The notes beneath the pieces are model-generated. The model saw only the letters and a program-made list of their open reading frames with translations. It ran no database searches and had not been told where the DNA came from. Shown here piece after piece: positions 1 to 14,741 of a DNA stretch of 64,000 bases (position 1 is its first letter; every line of letters begins with the position of its first letter). Location of the stretch: positions 31,994,001 to 32,058,000 of the forward strand of contig OZ249436.1 in assembly GCA_965235115.1 (NCBI GenBank). The letters run 5' to 3'. Made by a program: the position numbers and the translations under genes. This stretch comes from Laetmonice hystrix (taxonomy: Eukaryota).

Positions 1-553
1 TAAAAAATAAAAATAAAAAAAGATAGAGAGAAAGAAAGACAAAAAATAACACCGATAGTCAAACCACCGCGGGTCAGTGTTTTTGTGGACAGTGGCCATT
101 TCCAGGTCCATCAGATACAGTGGCCATTGCGGGGTCTGGCTAATGTACGCCCTCGGGCAGTGCCGCCGCCTCCCACGCCTTCCTAGTGTATCCACAGTCC
201 GTGGGTAATGAGAAGAGAAACAATATCCTTCGTTCGACCTTTACTGACATGATGGAATTCAATGTCTGTTCTACCATAATACCCGCGGATATTATATATC
301 TAGTGGAACCAGTATTAACTCCGTGTCTGTACAACAACTTGAGCTAACACACAAGAAACCCCCACCCCCGCTTTCTGCGAAAAGTGTGAAAGGTCGGGAA
401 CTAAAACAAAATACAGCAAATTCTGCTTACACTCTTACAGTGACATAATAATACCATTGTTCCACATAATGGAGGCTCATTCATATTTAGTTATCAGGCC
501 CTAGAAATAATTGGAAGAAAATGTTTGCAGCATATGACAGAGCGGTGACCCAC

Positions 554-619
554 CTGGCATCTGCTTCACTGTAAAACTCTCTGGCCACTATGTCTTCAAA
601 GAGTTCACCCCCTGTTACC
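554..619 (-). CDS. CaMKII: CaMKII coding exon 5 (66 nt): (L)VTGGELFEDIVAREFYSEADA(S). The gene continues beyond the left edge of the window.
   Basis: Translation matches the CaMKII kinase domain. Acceptor gtctgtttcag and donor AG|gtgggt are present. Phase 2 start joins exon 4 (TT|G). Confidence 0.98.
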
Positions 620-822
620 CTGAAACAGACAACAATAGCAATTGTTGATACACTGAGCACTGAAATACACACAGCAAAGTATTGTGAACGTAGGTTAAGG
701 TAAGTGTGTTACTTAAAACGCTCTGGGTCTTTTGAAAGTTGAAAGAATAAAATATATAAAACTCTTTTCAAAGAATTATTCTAATGTGCTGCATTCGACC
801 TAGCATGCGACTTAAGGAAAGG

Positions 823-891
823 TATGGTATTCCCAACTTCAATCAACTATGGTATTCCCAACTTCAATCAACTATGGTACTCCCAACTTCA
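823..891. repeat. 25-bp tandem repeat (tatggtattcccaacttcaatcaac), about 2.7 copies, in intron 4
   Basis: Direct repeats read from the sequence. Confidence 0.9.
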
Positions 892-959
892 TAAAACCAA
901 AGGACATTAATTTAGGTTGTAGATGACGATTGATAAAATAAGATAAGATATATACTTAC

Positions 960-1014
960 AAGTCAAAGACTAGGTAGTGAAAACCCTCATCTTGTATACT
1001 GTCATGAAGTCGAA
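960..1014 (-). CDS. CaMKII: CaMKII coding exon 4 (55 nt): (V)RLHDSIQDEGFHYLVFD(L)
   Basis: Acceptor cctgtctctctgtctttgcag and donor TT|gtaagt. In frame with exons 3 and 5. Confidence 0.98.
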
Positions 1015-3200
1015 CTGCAAAGACAGAGAGACAGGAAATCAGCGTCAGGCGAACAGTCTGGTGTTCTACATCGCGATCTAACATTACCATTTACGGCTAC
1101 TGACATACACCTAGCAATATATTTCATTTTATGAAACGGCTCCAGGTCTTAATTTAGCCTGGCCTTTTTACGGCACTGCCAATAGTTTCCTTGTACGCGT
1201 TTCAAAGGTCGACTTAAGGCGATATCCTCCTTGTATTCACACCGCGTATGTATTAAAAGTTGAATCGGTGCTAGCCAAACGGGTGTTTAATGTGGTTAAC
1301 AGCTCACTTTCGCTCGTCCTTTTATTTATCACATCAAATGACATACTCTCTCTTCCTTGTCATGACAGATTCTACTTAAGACCACATCAAAGGAACAAGA
1401 ACAAGTACTTTGGCCATTTTAGCCAATATATGAGTAAGACCATTCATTCTCAGTTAGTGATACTCACAGTAGTCCACCTCATTACAACCCATCTTTTATC
1501 CGGAGACCATATATTATACTTTCTTAATTAAAGTCATGGAAATCACGTGAAAATATTAGAAGCGCAGCCTCAAACACGTGGCAATATATTAATGATATTT
1601 TCCAGCTTTGGTTAGATATGAGCTCTGTATGAATGCAGCGTAAGGGCTGTGAGGTAATATTGATGCATCCAAACTTTCCAGTTTGAGGCAAGAAATAAAA
1701 TTTTAGATAAAACTTGACTTCACATAGTTCACTTTTAACATGAACCTAAATCATAAAACTCCAGAGTGTTTCTAAGGCACGTTCACGGATTTCATAATTA
1801 AGGACATTTTAGACAATAATACACCTGCCCCATTGTCCTTGAGACTGGGGTTTGCAGGTGCCGCGTAGCTATAGATCCGCTTTTACCCACCGAATTAACA
1901 AAGCTGATGTTCATGTCCTTCCCCTAATCAGGCATAATGACGTCCTAAGAACCACTGTTTCCATTTTTATATCCACCAACATTTCGAACCGAAATCTCAT
2001 TAGCGACCCTCATTGAAAACACGTTTCAAGGACCTGGCATGTGACATGGCCACTAGCCGTCCAACTACTTGACATCGTTCAGTGGCACGCACAGTTCGGC
2101 CATCACCTATAGATGGGACATGTACGCATGACAAATGATGGGCTCGATTACTTCAGCCCAGCCACGCGCTCCAACAGGTTCAACGTTCGATTACACAGAA
2201 GAAGAGAAAAGGGGGGCAGTGCTCCATTCGCCATCATATACTCCCCCCAGCGCATGCCCACTAGCTCGAGCTGTATGATAGCAGCCATGGCCCAGCGGAC
2301 AACGCCGGGAGTAGTACAGACGAGACACTGGTACCGGCCAATTAGATGTCATCGGAGTTGTCAGGGGGGAAAGGGAGCACTATTAACTGAACGGCAAGGT
2401 CACAATCAGAAAGCAAGGCAGGATAGAGTTTAACGACAGGCTCTTGGATTGGTTGAAATGATGACGCTAAATGTTCTTGTATTGCTGATGAAAGCACCTG
2501 CCGATCGTCTTATAGCTGGTTGTTGACAAAATAGTTGGCCTTGCATTGACTTGAACAGCCACTGAAATTCGTCGGTTCATTGCCCGAAAAAATTTCACTG
2601 GCTGTCTCAATCAGTGTTTGGGCTGTCGCTGTTTAAACATCATGCCAAGCTACATTTTGGTGGAGACGGGCTAAATACAGTCCCTAAAAACTGGAACACA
2701 TTTTGAGCAATAAATCATGTTTTCATATCAAGTCTCTTAAGCACCCTCTGTATTAAATGACGTCAGGCTTCCAGGTGCAATGCCTGACAACTTCAACCGT
2801 TTCCAAGAAAAGTACTTCAACGTGCGTGCTTCCAGACCTTTAAATGATTTGATATCAGTATGGCAACCTAGACAACAGAGAACCTGGTTGTAGTGAAATA
2901 TTGTCACGGCGCAAACATTTCACGCACACTGGTGGCAGTTCCAAACAGCAATGAAATCGTTTAATGGCTCCAGGCTTTTTGCTAGCCAAGGCAATTAGTA
3001 CGGGCCTCAGGCCTACTTGGTGAATGGCACCACCTCAATTTTAAGTTCATACCCTTCCAGTAACCTGGACTAGCATTTGACATTGCTACCATATTAATGA
3101 ATGGAGATCATGGGTGGAGTCTAGGGACACATGAAGCGAGTTCATGCCTATTAGGGTTAATCCATCATTATATTATCATACAGTTGAAATACATTACCAG

Positions 3201-3465
3201 GGCCCGGTTTTTTTGTTTACTTTTCCACCGTGAGCAAGGGTGAGCTGAGCTGAGCAAGGGTGAGCAGAAGCTCATACTCACCGTTTTGCTCACTGTTTTC
3301 GTTTTTTTCAGGTGTTTTCCCGCGAGCTTGCTCACCATGAGCACGCCTCATGGAAAAAAGCAACCGCAAAAAGCACGAAAACGGTGAGAATGAGCTCATG
3401 CTCACCCTTGCTCAGCTCAGCTCACCCTTGCTCACGGTGGAAAAATAAACAAAAAAAAACGGGCC
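3201..3465. mobile_element. MITE with about 90-bp terminal inverted repeats (ggcccgg..., tgagcaagggtgagctgagc subrepeats), PIF/Harbinger-like
   Basis: Left arm ggcccggtttttttgtttacttttccaccgtgagcaagggtgagctgagctgagcaagggtgagca is the near reverse complement of the right arm. Flanked by CAG and CTG. Confidence 0.85.
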
Positions 3466-5708
3466 CTGTACTACATTTCAACAAGAATGGGACCCTTTAA
3501 CTTAGTGCTTCGTTATGCACTACCAACAGCAAATTACATTATGCTGCATAGCCTTCATTCCAACATTTTCTTTTCTAATAGAATACAGAATTCTAAGTGC
3601 ACTAAACATAAAATTATCAAATCTGCATGATACGCAGAAATTTGATATAGTTATTGAAAAGGGAGTTATTAAAAATCACTACACGCCGACACAAGTCAAT
3701 ATAGATACAAATTATGACACGAAAAGAAAAACTATGAAAGTTACAATGGTATTACTGTAGAAATCACTGGTACATATGAACCTTGCTCTCATATTTTACG
3801 CTTACTCGATATAGGCTCTGACAGTGATCTAAAAAATCCCCCGATCGATGCACCTATAGGGAACCGGTTTGAGTTTGTACCTAAGGAAGCGGCGAAACAA
3901 ACAAAAGCCTAAAATAACTTTAAAGTCAACTATTTGTGGAGTTGTAGATATTTAAAGTGTCATGTAGCCAAAAAGGCCTGAAACTGTGCCCCGATTTCAT
4001 ATACTACTCATCAGTAGTCTGTTCAAATACTTGAAAGTGGGATCATATCCGAAAGCCATTAACGAAATTAATATCTACAACTACATATTCACATTTATCC
4101 TTTCGTTATTCTTATGGCATATAAAAGGGTGCTTTAAATTCCTCTTCCAATCTAAACAATTTGTATTACAACAAAATTTTCCCAGTAAAAGTCAAATTTC
4201 GCCTTTTCCAGCTTTCTAATTCTTTCTGAGGAATAGACTTTATGAAATGATCAGTTTGCCATTTTGCATGAGAAATAATTTTAATATTTTTATTTTAATA
4301 TTGGTCACCTAATGATTTTTACACAGCCTTTCTTCTTTATCTTTTTCTTTCAAAATATAAAAGCATTAATGTACAATAAGCTCCAATGCTGTTCCTCCTA
4401 CTAAAATGTATTTTTGAGCTGTTCCGAGATGACCATATCAATTAAATTACCGGTATGTTGACCAAAAACTCTTTCCTGGAACGGCATGCATGGAGTACAC
4501 TAGCAAATTCCTGGAATGTCATGGTAGATACTCCCCACCCGGCGCTGCAGCTTTGCCTGCCGTTTGGACCAACTCCAACTGGAACTGGAACTAAAGCTGC
4601 TGGAATCTGTGTTAAATGGACTGTGTTCTGATCGCATTGAAAGTGAAACCAGATCCAGCGAGTACACGTAGACTACTGCAAGTGCATTAAGAAACCCTAA
4701 CATCCCCCATTAGAGTTCATTAGACGCCTCAGATTACATCGCCTCTTGAGGTTTTAAATGATCTTTCAAAATGTACGTTCCATCCTAATATACAGCAAAT
4801 GTAAATTTTCCATTAAATAATATGAGTGAACCTGAGCTCCACTTGCCTTAATTAACAGATAAGGTAACATGAGGTCAATCTTACGCATTTTTTCCAAAGG
4901 TTATTTCTACCGAGAGGATACATGAGAAATTTAATTGCACCCCCCCCCCCCCCCACACACACACCTTTCTTCGGGATTATGAGCATCAACAACCTTTAAA
5001 ATTTATTACCCAGAACAAACGATGAATCAAATCAGTTTGGATCTAGACGTGAAGCTAGAATCGACGAGACTAGATACTGGCTAGTCTGTTTCTCCTCCGT
5101 TCAGAACTGTCTGTCCTGAACACGTCATCACAGCTACAGCACCAGCAGTCGTTCCGCCAACACAGGACAGACTTGGGCTGTGGGAAAGCAGCCTGCATGC
5201 CTAGTGGTAATTTCGTCGCTACGTTGGTCGTACAACTGCAGACGGCGGCAGCGGTGGCCGAGTGGTCGTGCCCACGTCATCAACCAAACCTCTCCGCCCA
5301 GCATCCCTGATGAACAAGTCTGACCACCATCTGTCATTTTACACCAAGTGCCCAGTTTTTGTGGCCATCCTTTTTTTCTCAGAAGCAGCTCTGGTTGACA
5401 CAGCGAAGCTTAACACAAGAACGCTCCAGAAATAGACCTGTGATCAGTTGTTGGGGTGGGATGAGGTCAAGGGGTTATTTACAGTGGCCCTCCTCTAACC
5501 GGTGGGGTTGGGGCTGGCTGGCGGGAGCCGCATGCACCCCCACCCTCCCCACCCGTCCAACCCTCGCCTTATTGATCCAAGCCGTTTGGAAGAGTGGCCT
5601 GTGAAAGACGCTGCCCATAATGAAACTTGAATTTGTATAAAGCAGTCATGTCAACAACTGATACTAAACGTCTTGTCTGGTGTTGCTCGTTATTCATCGT
5701 CGGTGGAC

Positions 5709-6197
5709 ATCAGTTCTTGACGCCTGAACACCAATATCTTGGTCCTCTATAGACTAGAATTAGACCAGATAATAAAATAATCAGTTCTCGACGCCTGAAC
5801 ACCAATATCTTGGTCCTCTATAGACTAGAATTAGACCAGATACATTATCAGTTTGTTCCGTAATTTCTCACAAAAATAAAATAATCAGGTCTCGACGCCT
5901 GAACACCAATATCTTGGTCCTCTATAGACTAGAATTAGACCAGATACATTATCAGTTTATTCCGTAATTTCTCACAAAAATAAAATAATCAGTTCTCGAC
6001 GCCTGAACACCAATATCTTGGTCCTCTATAGACTAGAATTAGACCAGATACATTATCCGTTTATTCCGTAATTTCTCAAAAAAAAAAAAAAATCAGTTCT
6101 CGACGCCTGAACACCAATATCTTGGTCCTCTATAGACTAGAATTAGACCAGATACATTATCCGTTTATTCCGTAATTTCTCACAAAAATAAAATCAG
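5709..6197. repeat. 104-bp tandem repeat, 4 full copies plus a truncated first copy
   Basis: Unit tcagttctcgacgcctgaacaccaatatcttggtcctctatagactagaattagaccagata... recurs at 5781, 5885, 5989 and 6093. Confidence 0.95.
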
Positions 6198-7658
6198 CTA
6201 CAACTGCTGTATATTTATGGAAGCCAGGTTGTATGAAGCCAAGCATATTATTTGAGTCTATGGACTGAAGGCCCAGGCTACTGAATGATCTAGTCCAGCA
6301 AGTCCTCTAGGCAGCTGTCCTATGTTAAGCGACAGAGGTCAAAGCAGGACAATGTCACACTATATCCCTGTGGAATGCTTCACCACAGCATAAAGCGAGA
6401 AGAACCTGGTTTATCATAATTCATTGTCAAACGAAACACTCGAGTCTAGTGTTTGAATACAGACGCCCATCCATACCGCCCATCCTGTAACCATGTGTGC
6501 CGGGGAACAGTTTATGATTGCTGCATACAAAATTGAACTGGTGCACCTGGATTAGCGTCAGCTACGGCATTTCGTGCCGTTCCAGCCTCCCCAGAGTGGG
6601 CACCACGGGATATTTTTCACTTGGACAGCTGCCGCTAAGCGCAGACCCACTCTGGTGTCTGCACGTGTGTTCCAAGCACAGCCGCAAACACCCGCGCCGA
6701 AACTATAGTATATACACGGGCAGAGCGAAACTCGAGCCCGAGAAATCAGTGGGAGATAAAGGATCAAGTATCGGCCCAGATCAAACCGTTAAGTTTTTCC
6801 TCCAATTATAACGAGTTATTCTTACTCACACCCCGGATATTATCAGAGGTCGTTAAGGACATGCACTACAGCTGTCAGCTGATCGACAGCAACAGCCCTG
6901 AGTGGGCCGAACTATCCTGTACGGATGCATGGCATTGTAACAGACACTTCTTGGGAAAATGCCAATTATTATACCGACAGCAGTACCATCCCTATATATC
7001 TCCCGGGTATGCCTGTTACATTCTTGTGTTAATAATGGGCGTGTCCCGTCATGATCACGGAGACCATGAAACCGTACCACAACAAGATATCAGACTGCAC
7101 CGTGCACAGTTTGTAGCGGCGGGAACATAACTAACTGCTCAGGCTGGTTTCTCTGTAACAATCATGACTATCCTGAATCATATGTTGGAAATTTGAGACC
7201 CTTCTTTGAATCTCAAGCAGACTGAGACAGGCAGCCAAGAAGTGTTCAACACAGCAGAGCTGCAAATATCACTGAGTGAAATATCATTCCTGCACAACAC
7301 TATTGTACGTTTACTGTACACGCCCAAATATAAGGTCATTGGTGAGCACTCACAGGACTGGTTGCATTCTTGTCATATAACCGAGGTTTTGTACTGACAC
7401 AAATAACCAGGACTTTCACGCCAAACACTGTTACAGGAAATGGTACACTACATGTATTCTACTGTATACATGTTCACAAAAACATATTAAAAGTTCCCTG
7501 GTTGATTCTGACATACTGGACTTTGACCACGTGCTAATCGGTCGACTCAGTTAGCACACGTGCCCAGACACTGCTATACCTAAAGTTGATGACAGTGATT
7601 CGAGTGTTCATGGCTCCTGGCGTCAGAGAGGTGTCTGAGAGGGCATGTCCATCCAGCC

Positions 7659-7832
7659 CTGGCCCTGGATTTTACTTTGCAAACCGAGTCTTAAGATTCA
7701 AATCTTAAAACTCTTGTGTCAGGGCTTCTGATTAGTCCTTCAAATGAAGTCAGCCAATGAGAGACCATAACACAAGTCAGTCTTAAAATTCAAGTCCTAA
7801 GATTGGTAAAATGACAAACTAAAATCCGGGCC
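7659..7832. mobile_element. MITE, same family as 33582-33763 but in opposite orientation; a small related element follows at about 7834-7911
   Basis: ggccc-type termini. Aligns by eye at about 90% identity to the reverse complement of 33582-33763. Confidence 0.85.
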
Positions 7833-10800
7833 TTGGGCCGGTTTTCAAAATTTACGTTCTTGCGCAAGCTTTAACTTAGCACTTCTAAATAAAGTTTCGA
7901 AAACCAGGCCATAACCTTGTCCTCAGTAAAAGTCATGACGCTATAGAACCACCAGCGACGTCCCCTCCATGCTGCTGCTGCTGATCCTCCCCTTTCCCTT
8001 CCCTTCCTCCTCCTCCTCCTCCTCCTTGCCAAGCCCTAGGCTCATTTTCTCATTTACAGATACCATCTGCTACATGCCGTTACCGACATATAAAAAATAC
8101 TTGTCATAGTAACCGGAGTATTTGCCCTGGTTGCCACCTGTGCCGCCACTATCCAGGTGGCCCTGTCTCATACCCTCCCCTATCTACTCCTCTATCTCCC
8201 TCCATCTTCTTCCTCCACTATCCCCTTTCCCCTTACCACCTCTATTTACTGGCTGCTTTTCTTATCTCCTAAGTGTCCAAGCCTTTTTAACGCAAGAGTT
8301 AATTGAGCAGGCCAAAAGTAATTAACGAGATTCTACATCATCCTGGCTCAAAATTTCCACGTGGACGTTCGGTTGTCCAGAGATCATCCACAGAAAAAGT
8401 AGGTCACGCTCAACCACAGGCTTGGACTGATGGCATTGAAGGGAACGTTGAGTTGAGGCCTGGACAGTAGCAAAAACCGCTCCATGTCAACAGGCCGCCT
8501 TGGCCGTCGGCCCAGCCGGCCACCACAGGCCTCCCGGATATATATCGTAGCCCGTGGCCGCCCACCGTCCTTTTTAAAGACGGTCCCCTCCGCTCACTCG
8601 AGGAATGACGACATCAGCTGCCGGCCAGGTATTCCTAGGGTCAAAGGTCACACTGTCAGAGCTGTCACGTGCACGTGGGACTCATACCTGCACGCAAGGC
8701 CAGGTCGTATCAGGTCCTGAGACACACCACGAGATCAGATGTTTTATCAGCTAAAATAGGATCTGGTAAAAACATGTCCATTTTATGCGGGCCATTTGCT
8801 ATCAAATAAGCTTTCTTTCGTCGTTGTTCTTTTTACTGTGTATCTGAGGAACAAAAAGAGTTCTTTTTATACGAGTATACAATATCATATCACGCATATA
8901 TATATGAATATTTTTTAACCCTTTTTCTGGAATGATTCATTCCTTGGAGCAGAACGTATTTTATTACCTCTAGAAACCAGCGTGAATGAACATACTTTTC
9001 ATTCTGCTTCTACAAACAACCCGCTGGCAAGAATATAAAGCGAAAGAAGTGGCAATGCAGAAAGCAATATTCTCTGAGGGGAAAAAGAAGTCGGTGGTCA
9101 TCATTATATAAAAGCACTAAGATGGAATGGTTTGGGATGGGATTGGCGGGGTTGGTGGGGTGGGGTTGGGGGCTGGTGGCCGGCGGTGGCCGTCTACCTG
9201 ACCGCTGCAGACGGCACAAGCAGACTAGCCTGTTTGTACCTAACTGCTCTAACCATCGTCCGTTTCTGTCACTCACGTAGCACTTAGGTCCCCGACAGTT
9301 GTCAGCCACTTTGCTGGCTGCCCGTCTGACCCCTTCCTATCAGGGAATTGGGACTCTGCCCCGGGATTCCAGACGTTGGGACCGTGGGGGGACACTTGGG
9401 GCAGTCGCCGACACTGGGACACTCCCCCGTAACTGAGCGGGAGTGTCCCCTTGGTGAGCAAACCAACCAGCCCCATCTCTGACCAAAATCAATGAATCCA
9501 CCAAGTGAAATGAAGACCTTCCTCCTGATGCAACGGGTCGATTGGCAAACTCCGTTTGGGGTGGGTTTTTTTTATTTTGTTTCATTTCAGTCTGGAAATT
9601 TTAAGCAATCAACTCCCAATAGAGCCGCTGTTTGTGTTTTTTTAATTGTTTTGCGACGACGTTCACTTGACCAGTTTGTTTCTCGTCACTTTCACCTGGT
9701 CAGAATCAAATGACGAAGACGAGTGGTAAACATCGGGCGAATCCTTCTATCCAAATCGGTTTGATAATGTAGTTTGTTTCTCTCTTTCTTAACAGTGTGG
9801 CCTCACAATCCAAGCATACTTTCCAGTAACTCCAGTAAATAATTTTGTATAAAAAAATGTAGGTTAAGTGCTTTAAAAGTCAAACACGCCAAGCCTTCCG
9901 ACAAATCGAAATTCACTCTACCTATATTTACATCTACGGAATTTCCCGGAGAAGTTAACTTTCATATAGTTCATACTACTGCTATAGAGAATTCTTCCAT
10001 GGTTCAAAGTCAGATCCATTAACGTGACGAACAGCACCATTTACAGCCACTGTCACCCTGGGATAGGCCAATCTGCAGCAGGATGATCAAAGAAACCTTA
10101 CAACAGTGTCGTACATAGGCCAAGGTCCAACTGCATCACGTGAAATTACCCATGCAGTCCGTCAGGCCGACAGCCATTACATTAAATCAAAACGATTGCT
10201 TCGCTCTCGCTCTTTTTCAAACTCGTCCATACACCATGGAGTTCTTTTACAATTACCGTATGCTGAAAAACATAATACTAACCGAACGCTTGCGGCAACT
10301 AGTATAGTAAACCACTGCCAAGATACAAGGAGGCACAGTGTCAAAACGCCAAATTGTCTACTGTCGCCGACTGGCATGAAAAACTGCGAAAATCTTTTTT
10401 TTACTAATAGGCATGAAATACTGATGGGTTCCCATTAATTTTAGAAGCAAAATTATATCTTTCTTAAGGTTAGCACCTTTTTCACAAGACAGCAATTAGT
10501 CCATGGAGAAGAACTGTGGGTACGGCTGATAGAAGTCAAGGTCTGCCTCCTAAAAAAAGCGGTAATGGCATCGTGGTCGGATAAACTAATTATTACTTGT
10601 GAAACACTGCACACACGGGATAATTTCAATCAAGGCAACCACGTCTGTGCCGTTCCTTCAAAACACGACATGGAGGTTTAGTGTTGCCGCTGCAACTTCT
10701 GTAAATCGGATTGACCACGGCAGGCTGACGGGCTGCACTCTCTCCAACACTGGCAATCATCTCAACAAATGTTGTGTGTACGGGAAGATATACGCACTGC

Positions 10801-11912
10801 GGCTAAGCGGATATAAACCAGGCCAAACAATACGTACCACTCTTTCTATAAACACCATGGTAAATTTCATATTACCGGTAACTGCATGTTGAGGGGGAAC
10901 TGACAACAAAATCCAATAAAATATATTACAATATTGGATCAGATATAAATGAAATATAAATGGTTTTTGTGTAAAATTCAGAGCGATCACCGACTCCTTG
11001 TCTTGCCCTGGTGTACGTGCAAGGAGCTCTTGTCAGCATGAATTCTAGCACGTGCTCAGTTCGTTACATTTCCCGAATGCCAATATTTATAGCCTCTCAT
11101 ACATGGATACCAAAGATGTTGGCCACGCTGCTGCTGCTGCTGCTAATCACCATCATCATCATTGCCATCATCAAAAAATCCTGATTGGTGTTGGCCTATA
11201 TCAGACCATCTCTGTGCTGAAAACAAGAGCAGCGATTAGGGCCAGAAAATGTTCCTGTAAGAGTACGACCACTGTGTCTGGAAACTTTCACACAACCTCA
11301 ACAACTAACTGTCTTGTTTGTTCCATGAATTCGCCGAGCCGCAGATGGCCAGCCGCTATTTCCTTGTGACCAGCCCCCACCGGCACTAACCCAAGATGCG
11401 CAGCCCAGGGTCACCTGGGGATAGTTACCTGTCATCGCTGTCTGGTTAGAAATGACATATGCTGCACTTATTAAGGTTAACTGCCCCACTTGGCCTGCCT
11501 TGCAATTCTTAGAGCATGGAGGAGAAACACGTACTTGAAAACAGCCTGGATATAGCAAGAGTAGTCAAAATGACCAATCCCCCATGCCCCCTCCCCTAAA
11601 AGTGTGCGCAGGTAATTGGTGCCTAAAATTAGCAACATCGGGCCGGTTGAGCAATGCTAGCCGCTAGACCAAGGCTGGAAAATATGTGGTCACTTCATAA
11701 AGAGCGGAGTATTCTGGGACTTATCAGGACGGCTGAAGTGAAAGTTTTGGTCCGGTAGTGGCCATGATGGAGGGGGTGGTGGTCCTATGAACGGTTTCCT
11801 CGCCACAGCCCACAGCTATGGGAACCTAACTTTAAATTAAGTGACAAAAAACAAATTGAATGAGGAAAAAAAAAGGATTTTGAAATTACTGAATTGATAA
11901 TTGATGCGATAA

Positions 11913-12360
11913 GGCTGAGTTCACATAGGAGTATACGGTATACGGTGTACGGTATTCGCTATTCGATATACGCTATACGGGCACGGCGAGTCACGCCCGC
12001 CAGTGTCTTAATTCCCGACATGAATTGAAAGGTGCCCCCCTGCCCCTTCCCTTGAACTGATTTCTTTGCAATTTTTAGAGTCAATACCCCTATATATCGG
12101 CCCTTAGATCTGAAAATTTAGTTAAAAAATATCAAGAACTGTGTAAATGGTGAACTTTTAAACACCGGCACTCCAAGGTATACGCTGCACTAAAATCGAA
12201 CACGCACGATTCCCACTATACTATACTATACGCCTTTTCGAATAGTGCCCTCTGATGTGACCCGGTATAATAAGATCCTATTGTACGATTTAAGCTATTC
12301 GCGTGCCCTGCAAAACGTGCACCGTATACCCGTGCCGTATACTCCTATGTGAACTCAGCC
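11913..12360. mobile_element. PIF/Harbinger (Tourist-like) MITE, 448 bp, TAA target-site duplication
   Basis: Perfect 26-bp TIR ggctgagttcacataggagtatacgg, with TAA on both sides (11910-11912 and 12361-12363). Confidence 0.92.
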
Positions 12361-14741
12361 TAATGGAACCGCCCATTGAGTTTCCATATTTTTAAACCTA
12401 TATTATATACCAGTTCGGTAACAAATACACTGTTCTCCCGACGGTGCATGCTGTCTCGTGCAGACGTGCTCCCGCCACAGGCCAAGGCCGACACTGACAC
12501 ATGGCAAGGACGCAGTCACTCGGGAACAATATTACATGACGGTTTGTCACGCTAAAAGGTCTCCGGATTACGGTGTAACTGTCACCACCCTTTACTCACG
12601 GCTCCCAGAAAGGCAGCGTAATGGCAGCAACATTCGGTGATTATGCGTCTAAACTGCACCATTACATTCGCTGACGATAGGTAATGTTCTTTAGAGGGAC
12701 CCGAGCAGTGACGTGCCCCGACATTCCGTGATCAGGCCAGGGCAATCCTACAAGTCCCCCTTCAACATTAAAATTGCAAGGCCCAGACAATTCATCCGTA
12801 ATACCCTGCAAGGCCATGATTTATTGTTTCTGTCTGCCATCGTTACCAGTGTCTGGTTACAGCAGTCTAAATCGGTCTGCTGGCTTATTCTGACAGGCCT
12901 GCCCACCACATTTCTCTCTCTTCCCCTACTGTCTCCTGCCACCACTTGCCTTCGTGGATCAATGACACCTGCTTACCCCCAAATACATATTCCTCTGTTT
13001 GAACCATGTGAAAACAGCATCTGCAATGGGAGGCAAGCCACAACCCTTCACTTAGCAGAATCACCTTGTCAGAGAATTATTAAACAATCATCAATCACCG
13101 CCAAGATGGGTTCCAACTGTGTCAGGATTTTCTTTTTCTGCACAAGAGCACTTTAGTTCAGATTGACTCGTATCCCGTCTCCTCTATATAGATTTACGCT
13201 AATTTCGGCAAAAGGAAATGGTTTTAAATTCCCATTTTCTAATGAGTGACACTTGATGCAGATGGATTTCTTAATGTAACTGACTGTAACCAGCGCATCC
13301 TTCATTATTGAAAGAGCAGCACATCCTTCAACCTGTGGTGTTCCCCTTAATCTCTGCGGTTTTCTTTATTGTTTCTCTGATGCATTGCATGTAGCTCAGC
13401 TACATGCAATTCCACCAGTCCAGTCTCGGTGCCGTTGCAAGGCCAGATTTTGAATTTGAGGAGTCACTGAAGAAGAAGCAGAATCTCAGTATCTTCGTCG
13501 TTGTCTCAATCTGTATGAAAGACTAAGTGTGAAAGTGAGACCAAGGCGGGGGAACCAGATGTATACAGCTGCGACTGCCACTGCCTGGGCTCCAGGACCA
13601 GCCAAGGGAGTTCAATATGGGCTATCTCCACCGTCACCCAACTTATCGGTACCGTGTAGGGGAATTGTTACGGAAGATGTCAAAACAAAGTCTGCCTCCA
13701 TCAGCTTCATGGATTTACATCCCATTCAGGGTCATTACAATGACAAGTCCATTTACTCGACTCTTGTAAATGAATTACAAATGCATTATAACTGTACAGC
13801 TTCAAATATTGGATTAAGTTTTTTTTCTTCTCTGACTAGACGTTGCACACACAGATGTGGATACCGGGAAAAGCAGGCAACGTAACAATTTCTAGGCACC
13901 GGGAAATCATATTGATACAATGTGTTTTGCCTCTTCTTGTGTCCTAACAAGAAAAGCTTTAAATGTTAAAAGATTAGGGTGTCCAGGAAAACCGTTTAAA
14001 GTTTTTTTTTCACCTTCCATAAACAACGCCACATGATATTTCTACCCTCTAATTTCCACATTTTTAAAACAACATCGTAGGCACACTCTACTTCTCTAGT
14101 ACGACAAACATGTCCGAGACTTGGCTGACTGGCCCAGCATCCAGGTATGATGGAATCCTTCAGTAAACCTTCACTCCCTCCCAGACTCATCCATTAAATT
14201 ATACACGGGACCTCAGCCTATTCTATATTATGCAAAGCCATGGTTTATCGGGCTGATTTCTCCCGTTACCACCAATAATAGATCAAAGTCGGAGATAAGT
14301 GTTGGTTGGTGGGATGTGATGGGTGGTGGTCGCCTGCCCCTCGCATTTCTGACGCTTATAGTGGTAGAGTAGGGAGATTGGTGATGATGGGGGTGTGGTG
14401 GTGGTGAGGGGGGGGGGGGCAAACTGCCATACCAACCAACGTCATCAGCCTGGGATCCACCGGATCCAATGCAGACACCATTCAATCAGGCCAGCAGCAG
14501 CACGGCCACTGCTTATAATCACGGCAGCCAAACGCACTTCTCAACAATTTCGCACTTCACCGAAATTACTTTCATTCCTGTATGTACACAACAGAAAGGC
14601 ACCATAGCTCATCATATACCAAAGCCTCTTTCGTAATTAACATGCTGTCATAAAACAAAAAGTTTACGAAAATTACTCAATACACCCATTAATCTCTCTC
14701 CCGTCGACTTTTGATTCTTCCTAATATTCTTCTGGGACCAG

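Noticed and set aside
487..672. Listed 61-aa ORF as a complete gene
   Set aside because: Only 554-619 is exonic (CaMKII exon 5). The flanks are intron read-through.
2551..2610. Short imperfect hairpin ttgaacagccactgaaatt...aatttcactggctgtctcaa as a pre-miRNA
   Set aside because: The stem is short with mismatches and no known mature sequence. A decayed MITE core is more likely.
5709..6197. CRISPR-like regularly spaced repeats (also 23854-24095 and 37686-38078)
   Set aside because: The intervening sequences are themselves repeated rather than unique spacers, the context is a eukaryotic intron, and there are no cas genes.
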